Below, piece by piece: positions 22,024 to 32,108 of a DNA stretch of 64,000 nucleotides (position 1 is its first letter; every line of letters begins with the position of its first letter). The position numbers and the translations under genes are program-made. Below the pieces are notes generated by a model. That model made no database searches and had not been told where the DNA came from. It saw only the letters and a program-made list of their open reading frames with translations. Source of the DNA: an uncultured Rhodospirillaceae bacterium (GTDB lineage Bacteria; Pseudomonadota; Alphaproteobacteria; UBA11136); assembly GCA_964486105.1 (NCBI GenBank), contig CAZAKR010000002.1, positions 62,949 to 126,948 on the forward strand, given 5' to 3'.

Positions 22024-22878
22024 ATGAACGAAACTTCCGATATTGAGGATATTCGCGCCCATGTTCGGCAGGTTGTCGAGGCTTCCGGCACGTCCTTTTA
22101 CTGGGGCATGCGGATTCTTCCCCCTGAGCGCCGGGAGGCCATGTACGCCATCTATGCCTTTTGCCGTGAGGTAGACGACATCGCCGACGACGATATGCCG
22201 CAACCCGAACGTATCTCCCGGCTGGCCGAATGGCGGACCGAAATAGACCGGCTTTTTGCCGGTAATCCCCAAATGCCGACGGCAAGAGCCCTGCTCGAAC
22301 CGACCCAAGAGTTCGACCTTCAAAGGGAAGACTTTCTCGCCGTCATCGACGGCATGGAAATGGATGCGAGGGAAGCCATGCGCGGGCCCTCCCTGGCCGA
22401 ATTCGAACTTTATTGCGCCCGGGTCGCCGGCGCCGTCGGGCTCCTCTCCACCCGCGCCTTCGGCGATTCCTCGCCGCGGGCGCGCGATCATGCTCTGGCC
22501 CTTGGCCACGCCCTTCAGATCACAAATATTCTGCGCGATATCGTCGAAGATGCCGAACGGGGCCGGCTCTATCTGCCGAAGGAGATTCTCGAGGCCCACG
22601 GCATCACCGACACCGATCCACAAAAGGTTCTGAAAAACCCGGCCCTGCCAAAAGTCTGCGCCGATCTGGCGGCAATGGCGAGACAGCGTTTTGATGAGGC
22701 GCTCGGCGCCTTGGCCGATTGCGACCGCCGGGCCTTGCGGCCAGCCAGCATCATGCGCGCCATATACCGGCGCGTCCTTGATCGCCTGCAAAAGCGGGGC
22801 TGGGAACGGCTCGACCTGCCGGTAAAAGTATCGAAACCGGAAAAGCTGTGGATCGCCCTTCGTTACGGCATACTCTAG
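22024..22878 (+). CDS. hpnD: Squalene/phytoene synthase family protein, second copy. Likely presqualene diphosphate synthase HpnD
   Basis: YAFCREVDDIADD and NILRDIVEDAERGR motifs. 284 aa. Confidence 0.8.
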   Translation: MNETSDIEDIRAHVRQVVEASGTSFYWGMRILPPERREAMYAIYAFCREVDDIADDDMPQPERISRLAEWRTEIDRLFAGNPQMPTARALLEPTQEFDLQREDFLAVIDGMEMDAREAMRGPSLAEFELYCARVAGAVGLLSTRAFGDSSPRARDHALALGHALQITNILRDIVEDAERGRLYLPKEILEAHGITDTDPQKVLKNPALPKVCADLAAMARQRFDEALGALADCDRRALRPASIMRAIYRRVLDRLQKRGWERLDLPVKVSKPEKLWIALRYGIL

Positions 22879-22882
22879 AGCC

Positions 22883-24166
22883 ATGACAAAGGTTCAGCCG
22901 AGCGTCCATATTGTCGGCGCCGGTCTTGCCGGTCTTGCCTGTGCGGTGCGGCTGGCCCGGGCCGGACTGACGCCCGCCTTGTACGAGGCTGCCGATCACG
23001 CCGGGGGGCGCTGCCGGTCCTATTTTGAACCCGCACTCGATCGCCTTATCGACAACGGCAACCATCTGGTCTTAAGCGGCAATGTCGCGGTTCGCAATTA
23101 TCTCGACGACATCGGCGCTACCGATGAACTGTTGATCGCTCCTGAGGCCGCTATTCCCTTTATTGATCTGCCGACAGGCCGGCGCTGGACCCTGCGCCCG
23201 AACCGGGGACGGTTCCCCTGGTGGCTGTTCTTGCCCACCCGCCGGGTGCCCGATAGTCGTCCTCACGAATACCTGGCCGCCCTGAAGCTGGCCAAGGCCG
23301 GTCCACAGACCCACATTGCGGAATGTTTCGACACTAAAAGCCCCCTTTATGAGCGTTTCTGGGAGCCCCTGACCATTGCCATCCTCAACACCTCGCCTCA
23401 AACCGCCGCCGCCCGCCTGCTGTGGCCGGTCATGGCCCTGATCTTCGGTCAGGGAGGCGCGGCTGCTCGCCCCTGCCAACCCCGCGAAGGACTATCCCAG
23501 ACCTTTATCGACCCGGCGCTGGCCTGGCTGGCGGCCCGCAATTGCCCGGCGCCCTCTTTCCATAGCCGCCTGAAAGCCGTTGAACGCGCGGACAATCAGG
23601 TTAAGGCGCTTGAGTTTACGGGCCGCAGGATCGACATCCCTGCTGACGAAAAAGTCGTCCTCGCCCTGCCGCCGGCGGGAACCTCCGGCGTCGTGCCGGA
23701 GATCACGGTGCCAGAACAAAGCTGTGCCATCGTCAACGCCCATTTCCGCCTCGAGACGCCCTGCACCCTTCCCGGCGGCGCTTACCTTCTCGGCCTTGTC
23801 GGCTCGACAAGCCAGTGGCTTTTTCTGCGCCGCGATGTCGCCTCGGTCACCATCAGCGCCGCCGATGAGCTTGCCTCTGAGACCGCTGAAACCATCGCCG
23901 GGAAAATCTGGCCGGAAGTTGCCGGCGCCCTGGACCTGGCGAGCGGGACGCCCCTGCCGCCTTTCCGGATCGTCAAGGAAAAGCGCGCCACCTTCGCCCA
24001 GACGCCGGACTCGCTTTCCCGTCGCCCCCCGACGCGCACCCGGTTTGCCAATCTTTATCTCGCCGGGGACTGGACGGATACCGGCCTGCCTGCCACCATC
24101 GAAGGAGCTATTCTTTCGGGCCACAAAGCAGCGGCGGCAATTCTGGAAGATATTGAAAAAGGCTGA
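22883..24166 (+). CDS. hpnE: FAD-dependent amine-oxidase-like hydroxysqualene dehydroxylase
   Basis: N-terminal GAGLAGL dinucleotide-binding motif, position between hpnD and shc. Confidence 0.85.
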   Translation: MTKVQPSVHIVGAGLAGLACAVRLARAGLTPALYEAADHAGGRCRSYFEPALDRLIDNGNHLVLSGNVAVRNYLDDIGATDELLIAPEAAIPFIDLPTGRRWTLRPNRGRFPWWLFLPTRRVPDSRPHEYLAALKLAKAGPQTHIAECFDTKSPLYERFWEPLTIAILNTSPQTAAARLLWPVMALIFGQGGAAARPCQPREGLSQTFIDPALAWLAARNCPAPSFHSRLKAVERADNQVKALEFTGRRIDIPADEKVVLALPPAGTSGVVPEITVPEQSCAIVNAHFRLETPCTLPGGAYLLGLVGSTSQWLFLRRDVASVTISAADELASETAETIAGKIWPEVAGALDLASGTPLPPFRIVKEKRATFAQTPDSLSRRPPTRTRFANLYLAGDWTDTGLPATIEGAILSGHKAAAAILEDIEKG

Positions 24167-24231
24167 CCTCTTGACAAGGGGCCTATGCACAAGATACCCC
24201 GCTGTTCCGACAAAAAGGACGATCGCCTCTG

Positions 24232-26172
24232 ATGAAAACCGCCGCCCAGCCTTCGAAAAACAACCGCCTCGCAGAAGTCGATACCGTGGTCAAGCAGGTT
24301 CGCAGCGAGCTGGCGGCGCGCCAGGGCGATGAAGGGCACTGGGTCTTCGACCTTGAAGCCGATGCGACGATCCCGGCCGAATATATTCTGCTCAACCATT
24401 TCCTCGACAAGATTGAAGAAGATATTGAAGCGTCACTGGGCGATTATCTGCGCGACATTCAGGGAGAGCACGGCGGCTGGCCCCTGTTTCACGGCGGCGA
24501 TCTCGACATCAGCGCCAGCGTCAAAGCCTATTTCGCCCTGAAGATGATCGGCGACGACGTTGAGGCCCCTCACATGAAGCGGGCGCGGAAGGCCATTCTC
24601 GCCGAGGGCGGGGCGGCCCGCGGCAATGTTTTTACCCGCTTCCAACTGGCGCTGTTTGGCGAGGTTCCCTGGCGCGCGGTCCCCGTCATGCCGGTAGAGA
24701 TCATGCTGCTGCCGCGCTGGTTCCCCTTTCACCTTTCCAAGGTCTCCTATTGGTCGCGCACGGTCATCGCGCCGATGCTCGTTCTCATGGCCTTGAAACC
24801 GACGGCAAAGAATCCCCGCGACGTCCACATCGGTGAGCTTTTCACCACGCCGCCGGAAGAAGAACGCCGCTACAATACAAATCCGACCGGCTCCCTTCTC
24901 GGCGCCTGCTTTCTTGGCCTCGATCGTGTTTTGCGTGTCCTTGAGCCCTTCATTCCCAAGCCCCTGCGCCGCGGCGCTATTGAACGGGCAACGGCCTGGT
25001 TTACCGAGCGGTTGAACGGCGAAGACGGACTCGGCGGCATTTATCCCGCCATGGCCAATGCGGCAATGGCCTATCGCGCCATGGGATATAGTGACGACCA
25101 TCCGGATTACGCCATCGCCCTGAAATCGGTGCGCAAGCTCCTCACCTTTGATGGGGAACGCAAATTCTGCCAGCCCTGCCTGTCGCCGATCTGGGATACC
25201 AGCCTCGCGACCCTGGCCATGTTTGAGGCCGGTGAAAAAGCTGACGGCCCCGTCATTTCAAAAGCCTGCGCCTGGATGAAGGATCGCCAGATCCTTAACG
25301 TCAAAGGCGACTGGGCCGAGAAGAAGCCTGATGTCGCGCCCGGTGGCTGGGCCTTTCAATACTGGAACGATTACTACCCCGATGTCGACGATACCGCCGT
25401 GGTCGCCATGGCCCTTCACCGGGCCGGTATGGACACCCATCAAACATCCCTTAAACGCGCCACCGACTGGATCATCGGCATGCAGAGCAAAAACGGCGGC
25501 TGGGGGGCATTTGACGTCGACAACACCCAGTATTATCTCAACCATATTCCCTTCGCCGATCACGGGGCGCTGCTCGATCCGCCGACCACCGACGTTTCGG
25601 CGCGCTGCGTCAGCATGCTGGCTCAGTTCAGCACGCGTAAAGATCATCCCGCCCTGGAACAGGGGCTGGATTTCCTGCGTCAGGAACAGGAACAAGACGG
25701 CTCCTGGTTCGGGCGCTGGGGTTGTAATTATATCTACGGCACCTGGTCGGCCCTTTGCGCCTTCAACGCCGCTGGTGAAGACATGTCCGCCCCGCATATC
25801 CGCAAGGCCGTGGAGTGGCTGAAATCGCGCCAACGCGAAGACGGCGGCTGGGGCGAGGATGGTGCAACATATTGGGAAGAACGCCGCGACGAGGTCAAGG
25901 TCAGCACGCCGTCGCAAACCGCCTGGGCGCTCATGGCCCTGATGTCGGCGGGCGAGGTCGATAGCGAGGCGGTACGGCGCGGTGTCGATTACCTTCTCCA
26001 AACCCCGCGCAGGAATGGCCGCTGGGATGAGAAATATTACAACGCCGTCGGCTTTCCCCGCGTCTTCTATATTACCTATCACGGCTATGCCGCTTATTTC
26101 CCGCTCTGGGCATTGGCCCGCTACCGCAATCTTGCCAGCGGCAACGCCCCAACCGTGATCCACGGGATGTGA
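24232..26172 (+). CDS. shc: Squalene-hopene cyclase
   Basis: QW repeats and DVDDTAVV catalytic motif. 646 aa. Confidence 0.97.
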   Translation: MKTAAQPSKNNRLAEVDTVVKQVRSELAARQGDEGHWVFDLEADATIPAEYILLNHFLDKIEEDIEASLGDYLRDIQGEHGGWPLFHGGDLDISASVKAYFALKMIGDDVEAPHMKRARKAILAEGGAARGNVFTRFQLALFGEVPWRAVPVMPVEIMLLPRWFPFHLSKVSYWSRTVIAPMLVLMALKPTAKNPRDVHIGELFTTPPEEERRYNTNPTGSLLGACFLGLDRVLRVLEPFIPKPLRRGAIERATAWFTERLNGEDGLGGIYPAMANAAMAYRAMGYSDDHPDYAIALKSVRKLLTFDGERKFCQPCLSPIWDTSLATLAMFEAGEKADGPVISKACAWMKDRQILNVKGDWAEKKPDVAPGGWAFQYWNDYYPDVDDTAVVAMALHRAGMDTHQTSLKRATDWIIGMQSKNGGWGAFDVDNTQYYLNHIPFADHGALLDPPTTDVSARCVSMLAQFSTRKDHPALEQGLDFLRQEQEQDGSWFGRWGCNYIYGTWSALCAFNAAGEDMSAPHIRKAVEWLKSRQREDGGWGEDGATYWEERRDEVKVSTPSQTAWALMALMSAGEVDSEAVRRGVDYLLQTPRRNGRWDEKYYNAVGFPRVFYITYHGYAAYFPLWALARYRNLASGNAPTVIHGM

Positions 26173-26846
26173 CCCCCGATAGCCCTACCAGAATCGGCGT
26201 CATTACCGGTCTTGCAGCCGAGGCGGCATGCCTGCACGGCAGGGGCTATGATATTTTTTGTTGCGGCGCCCGCCCCGCCCGGGCGCGGGAAGGCGTGCAA
26301 AGCCTGATCTCAAACGGCGTTTCCGGTCTCGTCAGCTTCGGCCTTGCCGGCGGGCTCGATCCGGCACTTGCCCCCGGCGCCCTCGTTCTCGCCGCCTCGG
26401 TCATCACGCCGCAAGGGGATCGCCTTGAAACAGACATTGCATGGCGTCAAACCTTCCGCCAGTCCGCCCCGGACGGGGTCATCGAAAGCGCCATTGCCGG
26501 AAGCGAAAGGGCGGTCAAAACCGCGGCGGGAAAACAGGCGATGCACGCATCAACCGGGGCGGTGGCCGTTGACATGGAAAGCCACATCGTTGCCGCCGCC
26601 GCCGAGGATGCGGGGCTGCCCTTCCTCGTCATCCGGGTGGTCGCCGACCCGGCGGCCCGCGCCATCCCGGATCTTGCGATGAAGAGCCTGGACGCTGAGG
26701 GAAACACACTCATTCTTCCGGTTCTGATGACGGTTCTGCGGCGGCCGAAAGAGCTGGCGGGACTGCTGCAACTGGCGATGGATTCGAGAAAGGCCTTTGC
26801 CGCCCTGCGCCGCGCCGCCAGGGTGGACTTGTCGGCAGAAAGCTAG
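26169..26846 (+). CDS. hpnG: Hopanoid-associated phosphorylase/nucleosidase (PNP_UDP family)
   Basis: PNP/MTA-nucleosidase-like sequence, 4-nt overlap with shc. Confidence 0.8.
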   Translation: MTPDSPTRIGVITGLAAEAACLHGRGYDIFCCGARPARAREGVQSLISNGVSGLVSFGLAGGLDPALAPGALVLAASVITPQGDRLETDIAWRQTFRQSAPDGVIESAIAGSERAVKTAAGKQAMHASTGAVAVDMESHIVAAAAEDAGLPFLVIRVVADPAARAIPDLAMKSLDAEGNTLILPVLMTVLRRPKELAGLLQLAMDSRKAFAALRRAARVDLSAES

Positions 26847-27970
26847 GCGGCTTTTGTGCCCTTGCTGCGGATATCTTCCATGGCATCGCTGACATGGGCC
26901 GAAAAAACATCTTCCGCCACCCGCGCATTTTCCAATGGCACATCCGGCGCCATCGGCCCCTCGGTCCGAACACCGCCGAGGGCGGTCTTTAAGGCCTTGA
27001 AGGGGTTTTTCAGGGCATCGGTGACGGCGGTCGCCTCATAGCCGCAATGGGCCATGCAATTGGCGCATTTCTCGTAATTGCCGGTACCGTATTTATCCCA
27101 CTGGGTATCTTCCATCAGCTCGCGAAAACTGTCGGTATAGCCCTCGCCGATCAGGTAGCAGGGTTTTTGCCAGCCAAATATATTGCGGGTGGGGTTTCCC
27201 CACGGCGTGCAATGATAGGTCTGGTTGCCGGCAAGAAAATCGAGGAAAAGCGAGGAATGGCTGAACTGCCATTTCCGGCCCTTGTTGCGACGAAAGATAT
27301 CGCGGAACAGATTGCGGGTTTTCTCGCGGTTGAGAAAGTGTTCCTGATCGGGTGCGCGCTCGTAAGCATAGCCGGGCGAGACGGTAATCCCCTCGATCCC
27401 GAGACCAGTGGCAAAATCGAAGAATCGCGCCACCTGCGCATCATCGGTGCCATCAAACAGGGTGGTGTTGATGTTAACCCTAAAGCCTCTCCTCCGCGCT
27501 TCGCGTATGGCCTCGACCGCCATGTCGAAAACCCCTTCCTGACAGACCGCTTCGTCGTGAACTTCGCGTTCGCCGTCGAGATGGACTGAAAAGGTCAGAT
27601 AGGGGCTGGGGGTGTACTGGTCGATCTTTTTTCTGAGCAGAAGGGCGTTGGTGCACAGATAGACAAACTTTTTGCGCCCCACCAATGCTGTCACGATTTC
27701 AGGCATTTCCTTGTGAAGCAGGGGCTCGCCACCGGGAATGGAAACCACTGGCACCCCGCATTCCTCCACCGCATCAATACATTGCTGCACGCTTAAGCGC
27801 TGATTGAGAATAGGATCGGGATAATCGATCTTGCCGCAGCCGGCACAGGCGAGATTGCAGCGGAACAGGGGCTCGAGCATCAAGACGAGGGGATATTTCT
27901 CGACGCCCATCAGCTTTTGCTTGAGGACATAGGCGCCGACACGAACTTGCTGGATCAGGGGAATAGCCAC
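26843..27970 (-). CDS. hpnH: Radical SAM adenosylhopane-forming enzyme HpnH
   Basis: CNLACAGCGKIDYP radical SAM motif, HpnH-type C-terminal Cys motifs. Confidence 0.9.
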   Translation of the reverse strand: MAIPLIQQVRVGAYVLKQKLMGVEKYPLVLMLEPLFRCNLACAGCGKIDYPDPILNQRLSVQQCIDAVEECGVPVVSIPGGEPLLHKEMPEIVTALVGRKKFVYLCTNALLLRKKIDQYTPSPYLTFSVHLDGEREVHDEAVCQEGVFDMAVEAIREARRRGFRVNINTTLFDGTDDAQVARFFDFATGLGIEGITVSPGYAYERAPDQEHFLNREKTRNLFRDIFRRNKGRKWQFSHSSLFLDFLAGNQTYHCTPWGNPTRNIFGWQKPCYLIGEGYTDSFRELMEDTQWDKYGTGNYEKCANCMAHCGYEATAVTDALKNPFKALKTALGGVRTEGPMAPDVPLENARVAEDVFSAHVSDAMEDIRSKGTKAA

Positions 27971-28009
27971 TTCATCAGTCTCTTTTTATTAAAGGCAAAT
28001 CAAACCCGC

Positions 28010-28969
28010 TTATGCGACCGATGCCGCAACGAGTTGCTCGGGAAGCTTGAACTGAACATTTTCGTCCTCGCCATCCAGGTTTTCGATTGCAAGATCGCGG
28101 CATTTTCGCAATTCCTCAATCAACTCCAGCACCAGTTCTTCCGGCGTCGAAGCACCGGCGGTAATACCGACTGTTCCGATACCCTCCAGCCAGAGCGGGT
28201 CAAAAGCGCTGGGGTCTTCGATCAAATGGGTATCTATCCCGGTTTCCGAACCAATTTCCTGAAGCCGGTTGGAGTTCGAGCTGTTCCGGGCACCAACTAC
28301 GAGCAGCAAATCGACCTTCTCGGTCAGGGTTCGAACTGCCGATTGCCGGTTCTGGGTCGCATAGCAGATGTCCTTGACGTCGGGGCCTACGATTTTGGGG
28401 TATCGGGTCTGCAACGCCTCGATCACGTCGCGGGTGTCATCAACAGACAGGGTGGTCTGGCTGACATAGGCCAGCTTGTCCGGGCTGGTGACCTCAAGCT
28501 TGTTTACATTCTCAGGGGTCGAGACCAGATAGACCTTGCCGGGAATGCGTCCCATGGTCCCCTCGACCTCCGGGTGCCCTTCATGGCCGATCAGCACCAC
28601 TTCGTATCCGTTGGCGGCATAGCGCTGGCCTTCCTTGTGCACCTTGTCGACAAGGGGGCAGGTCGCATCGAGAATGGGCAGGGCGCGGGACAGGGCGTTG
28701 TCGGCAACCTTCTGGGCGACTCCATGGGCGCTGAAAATCGTCACCGCCCCGTCGGGGATTTCATCCAGTTCCTCGACAAAGACAGCGCCCTTGGCCTTCA
28801 AATCCTCAACCACACGTTTGTTGTGAACGATTTCATGGCGCACATAAACGGGCGGCCCATAGAGGCCGAGGGCACGTTCGACAATTTCAATGGCCCGCTC
28901 CACGCCGGCACAAAAGCCCCTGGGCTTGGCAAGGATGACTCGCAATTCCTGTTTCTCCCTCATCGCCAA
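28010..28969 (-). CDS. ispH: 4-hydroxy-3-methylbut-2-enyl diphosphate reductase
   Basis: LytB/IspH family with conserved Cys residues, 39 bp downstream of hpnH. Preceded by a G8 tract forming the SD. Confidence 0.95.
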   Translation of the reverse strand: MAMREKQELRVILAKPRGFCAGVERAIEIVERALGLYGPPVYVRHEIVHNKRVVEDLKAKGAVFVEELDEIPDGAVTIFSAHGVAQKVADNALSRALPILDATCPLVDKVHKEGQRYAANGYEVVLIGHEGHPEVEGTMGRIPGKVYLVSTPENVNKLEVTSPDKLAYVSQTTLSVDDTRDVIEALQTRYPKIVGPDVKDICYATQNRQSAVRTLTEKVDLLLVVGARNSSNSNRLQEIGSETGIDTHLIEDPSAFDPLWLEGIGTVGITAGASTPEELVLELIEELRKCRDLAIENLDGEDENVQFKLPEQLVAASVA

Positions 28970-29188
28970 AACGCCCCCCCCTTAATTCCCGATTAGAACA
29001 GCTGGTCATACCACGGCGACCGCGCAATCACAATTGCGGGCGCTTGGCCGGACATGACGGCATCCCCTTATCTCCCAGTTCATATAGATTTCCAGATGCC
29101 TCAAAACAACAACTTTATCCCGTCATCGCGGATGCGCCCGCATAGCGGGCTTTACAAGACAAAGACAAAGCCCCATTAAAGTTGCGTT

Positions 29189-29845
29189 ATGTACGCAATA
29201 ACCCGCCCAAAAAGCCTTTTTCCCCTTATCCGCCACCTCTCCTATGGCGCCACTTTATGGCTGGCAAGGCTTCCCCTGACTCCCAACCAGATCACGACCC
29301 TTTCCCTGGCTACCGGACTAGGTTGCGTATGGTCTTATCTCCATTCAGGATTGGCCTGGCAGTTGGCGGGGGCTCTTCTGCTCGTTATCTGCTACGCCCT
29401 CGATAATTGCGACGGCGAGATTGCCCGGCTGAAAAACCTTCACTCAAACTTCGGCGCCCATTTCGACACCTTCGTCGACTGGATCGTCCACGCCGCATTC
29501 TTTGCCGCGCTCGGCTATCAGGTCAGCGTCGGAAAAGATCAAAACCTCTGGTTCTGGCTCGGCCTGATCGCCGCTTTCGGCGCCACCCTCAACTACATCC
29601 TGGGCTATATCCTCGTCGAGGAAGAAACCGAGCCCCATGAGACGGAATTAACAACCATGCCGGAGGCGCCAATGGAAAAGGCGCTGTTTATCCTGCGTGA
29701 GCTTTTCAGGGCGGATTTCTGCTTCATCCTTCTCTTCCTGACAGTGTTTGACGGGGCATGGCTCCTCCTTCCCTTAGGCGCACTCGGCGCCCAGGTTTAC
29801 TGGGTCTCGGCTTTTCATAAAGCCGCCCGCAACTTTCACGTCTGA
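29189..29845 (+). CDS. CDP-alcohol phosphatidyltransferase family membrane protein, paralog 1. Complete D-x2-DG-x2-AR-x8-G-x3-D-x3-D motif
   Basis: DNCDGEIARLKNLHSNFGAHFDTFVD motif. Multi-TM, 218 aa. Confidence 0.8.
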   Translation: MYAITRPKSLFPLIRHLSYGATLWLARLPLTPNQITTLSLATGLGCVWSYLHSGLAWQLAGALLLVICYALDNCDGEIARLKNLHSNFGAHFDTFVDWIVHAAFFAALGYQVSVGKDQNLWFWLGLIAAFGATLNYILGYILVEEETEPHETELTTMPEAPMEKALFILRELFRADFCFILLFLTVFDGAWLLLPLGALGAQVYWVSAFHKAARNFHV

Positions 29846-29862
29846 ATATTGAGAGCGCAATC

Positions 29863-30480
29863 ATGGCTGATAAAGCTCCCTGGGATCAAAGACTGGCGCG
29901 GATAATCGTCCGCCCCCTTGCCCGCACCGCGATCACTCCCAATCAGATCACAATCCTTACCCTGATCCTGGCCCTGGCCGGAGCCGCGATGTTCGCACAA
30001 GGCACACCGGAAACAGTCAATTGGGGCGCCGGCTTTTTCATCCTTGCCCGCTTCATGGACCATTTCGACGGTGAACTGGCGCGGATGACCGGCAAAACCA
30101 GCCGGCTGGGCTATTACCTTGATTACCTGTCCGGCGGGGTGAGCTACGCCGCTCTTTTCATCTGTATCGGGATCGGGCTTGGCAATGCATCTTTTGCCGG
30201 AGTTTCTCTCGGCATCTGGCCGGCAATACTCGGCTGTCTTGCGGGAGCCGGGGCGTTCGCCAGCATGTTCATCAATCTCAAGATTGACCGGCAGATGGAA
30301 CTGGAAGAAGGCGAGGCGATCGGCTATCCGGGCTTTGCCGGTTTTGAGCTTGAGGACGGGATCTATCTTCTCGGCCCGGTCACCTGGGTCGGCCTGTTGA
30401 CGCCGTTCTTCCTGCTCGCCGCCCCCAGTGCGATCATTTACACCCTGTGGTCGCTTGCCATCAGCCTGCGCAAGGGATAA
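29863..30480 (+). CDS. CDP-alcohol phosphatidyltransferase family membrane protein, paralog 2. Final Asp of the motif replaced by Gly
   Basis: DHFDGELARMTGKTSRLGYYLDYLSGG motif. 205 aa. Closely related to paralog 3. Confidence 0.8.
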   Translation: MADKAPWDQRLARIIVRPLARTAITPNQITILTLILALAGAAMFAQGTPETVNWGAGFFILARFMDHFDGELARMTGKTSRLGYYLDYLSGGVSYAALFICIGIGLGNASFAGVSLGIWPAILGCLAGAGAFASMFINLKIDRQMELEEGEAIGYPGFAGFELEDGIYLLGPVTWVGLLTPFFLLAAPSAIIYTLWSLAISLRKG

Positions 30481-30498
30481 CCCCCCCCGAGAGTGCTT

Positions 30499-31488
30499 TT
30501 AAAGGTAATCCTTGGCCTTGAACCAGTCGATGGCGTCCACCAGGGCCTCTTTTGCCGGGCGTGGCTCATAGCCGAGGTCGCGGCGGGCCTTGTCGATGGA
30601 AAAGAACATATGTTTGCGCGACAGCTTCAACCCGTCGACGGTCACCATGGGCTCCGGCCCGCCGGTTATCCGGGCAAAAGCCTCGGCCACATAAGCAATC
30701 GGCAGAACCAGATTATGGGGCAGATTGACCTTTGGGGGCCGACGGTCGGTAATCCGCGCGATTTCACCGAGAATTTCCCGCAAGGTGGCGTTTTCCGCCC
30801 CCAGCACGTAACGCTCTCCGATCTCTCCGCGCTCAAAGGCCAGAAGATGGCCCCGCGCCACATCATCCACATGAACGATGTTGAGGCCGGTATCGACGAA
30901 AGCCGGCATTTTCCCTGCCGCCGCCTGAACGATCATGCGGCCGGTCGGGGTTGGCCTGATATCCCGCGGACCGACGGGTGCCGCGGGGTTGACGATCACA
31001 GCCGCCAGACCCTTCCCGGCAACCATTTCCCGGACCACTTCTTCGGCCAGAAACTTCGAGCGCTTATAAGCACCGATCATGTCGTCCAGGGTTACCGGCG
31101 TCGCTTCGTCGGACGGGGTGCCGTCGGCGTTCAGTCCAAGGGTCGCGACACTGCTCGTATAGACGACCTTTGAGACACCCTCTTCAAGCGCCGCTTCCAT
31201 GATATTGCGGGTGCCTATTACGTTGGAATCGATGATCTCCTGGGGGTTGGGGGCCCACAGGCGGTAATCGGCCGCCACATGGAACAAGGCCTCGCAGCCG
31301 GCGACAGCCGCCTTAAGAGAATCCTTGTCGCGCAGGTCCCCGGTGACGATCTCGACGTCGAGACCTTCCAGGTTTCGCCGGTCGCTATGGGGCCGCACCA
31401 TGGCGCGGGTCTGGTGGCCGGCCTCAATAAGGGCGCGGAGAACCGCCGCCCCGACAAAGCCCGATGCGCCAGTGATTAAGGTCGTCAC
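30499..31488 (-). CDS. hpnA: NAD-dependent epimerase/dehydratase, hopanoid-associated sugar epimerase type
   Basis: N-terminal GASGFVG Rossmann motif, SDR-extended family, location in the hopanoid cluster. Confidence 0.65.
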   Translation of the reverse strand: MTTLITGASGFVGAAVLRALIEAGHQTRAMVRPHSDRRNLEGLDVEIVTGDLRDKDSLKAAVAGCEALFHVAADYRLWAPNPQEIIDSNVIGTRNIMEAALEEGVSKVVYTSSVATLGLNADGTPSDEATPVTLDDMIGAYKRSKFLAEEVVREMVAGKGLAAVIVNPAAPVGPRDIRPTPTGRMIVQAAAGKMPAFVDTGLNIVHVDDVARGHLLAFERGEIGERYVLGAENATLREILGEIARITDRRPPKVNLPHNLVLPIAYVAEAFARITGGPEPMVTVDGLKLSRKHMFFSIDKARRDLGYEPRPAKEALVDAIDWFKAKDYL

Positions 31489-32105
31489 TTATCCACGCCC
31501 CCATGCACTTTGCGATAGCGGTCAAACAGCACCCAGACGAGAAATACCGGGGCGCCGATACCCGCCGCGATCAAAAACAGCTTAAGCCCCCCGAGCCAGG
31601 TCACGGGGCCGACAATATAGAGGGTGTCTTCGGGCTCAAAACCAAGAAAGTTAGGCTGACTGATCGACCCCCGGCCGACGCGCAGTTCAATGCCGAGGCG
31701 GATCGTAAAAATCAGGGTGACACCGAAACCGGCGAGAATACCGAGAAGGATGGCGGCGTTCCCCAGAGGACCGAAGCGTTCCCCGGCGCCAATGCCGATA
31801 AACAGCGCCACATAGCCGACACCGACGGCAAAATGGTCGTAATAGTGGCCGAAGTCGCTGGTCTTGCCGGTGGCCCGGGCCACTTCACCGTCCACATGAT
31901 CGGTAAAGGCCGCCAGCATGAATAAGGCTGCGGCCCAGTTGGCGGCAACCGTCTCGCCAAGGGAGAACAGATAAGCCGCGCCGATGCCCGATAACAGACA
32001 AAAGGTAGTGACGGCATTGGGATGAACGTGGAAACGGGCCAGAAAGCGGGCCAAGTGCCGGGCCAGAAGATGGTCCCAGGCTATCGGCAGATTAAAAGCG
32101 CTCAC
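31485..32105 (-). CDS. CDP-alcohol phosphatidyltransferase family membrane protein, paralog 3. Final Asp of the motif replaced by Val
   Basis: DHVDGEVARATGKTSDFGHYYDHFAVG motif. 206 aa, 4-nt overlap with hpnA. Confidence 0.8.
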   Translation of the reverse strand: MSAFNLPIAWDHLLARHLARFLARFHVHPNAVTTFCLLSGIGAAYLFSLGETVAANWAAALFMLAAFTDHVDGEVARATGKTSDFGHYYDHFAVGVGYVALFIGIGAGERFGPLGNAAILLGILAGFGVTLIFTIRLGIELRVGRGSISQPNFLGFEPEDTLYIVGPVTWLGGLKLFLIAAGIGAPVFLVWVLFDRYRKVHGGVDK

Positions 32106-32108
32106 TGT

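Noticed and set aside
30499-31488. Possibility that the SDR-family gene is a generic UDP-sugar epimerase unrelated to hopanoids
   Set aside because: Not fully rejected. It is kept as hpnA-type at moderate confidence, because it is translationally coupled to the transferase/NTase/hpnN operon inside the hopanoid cluster.
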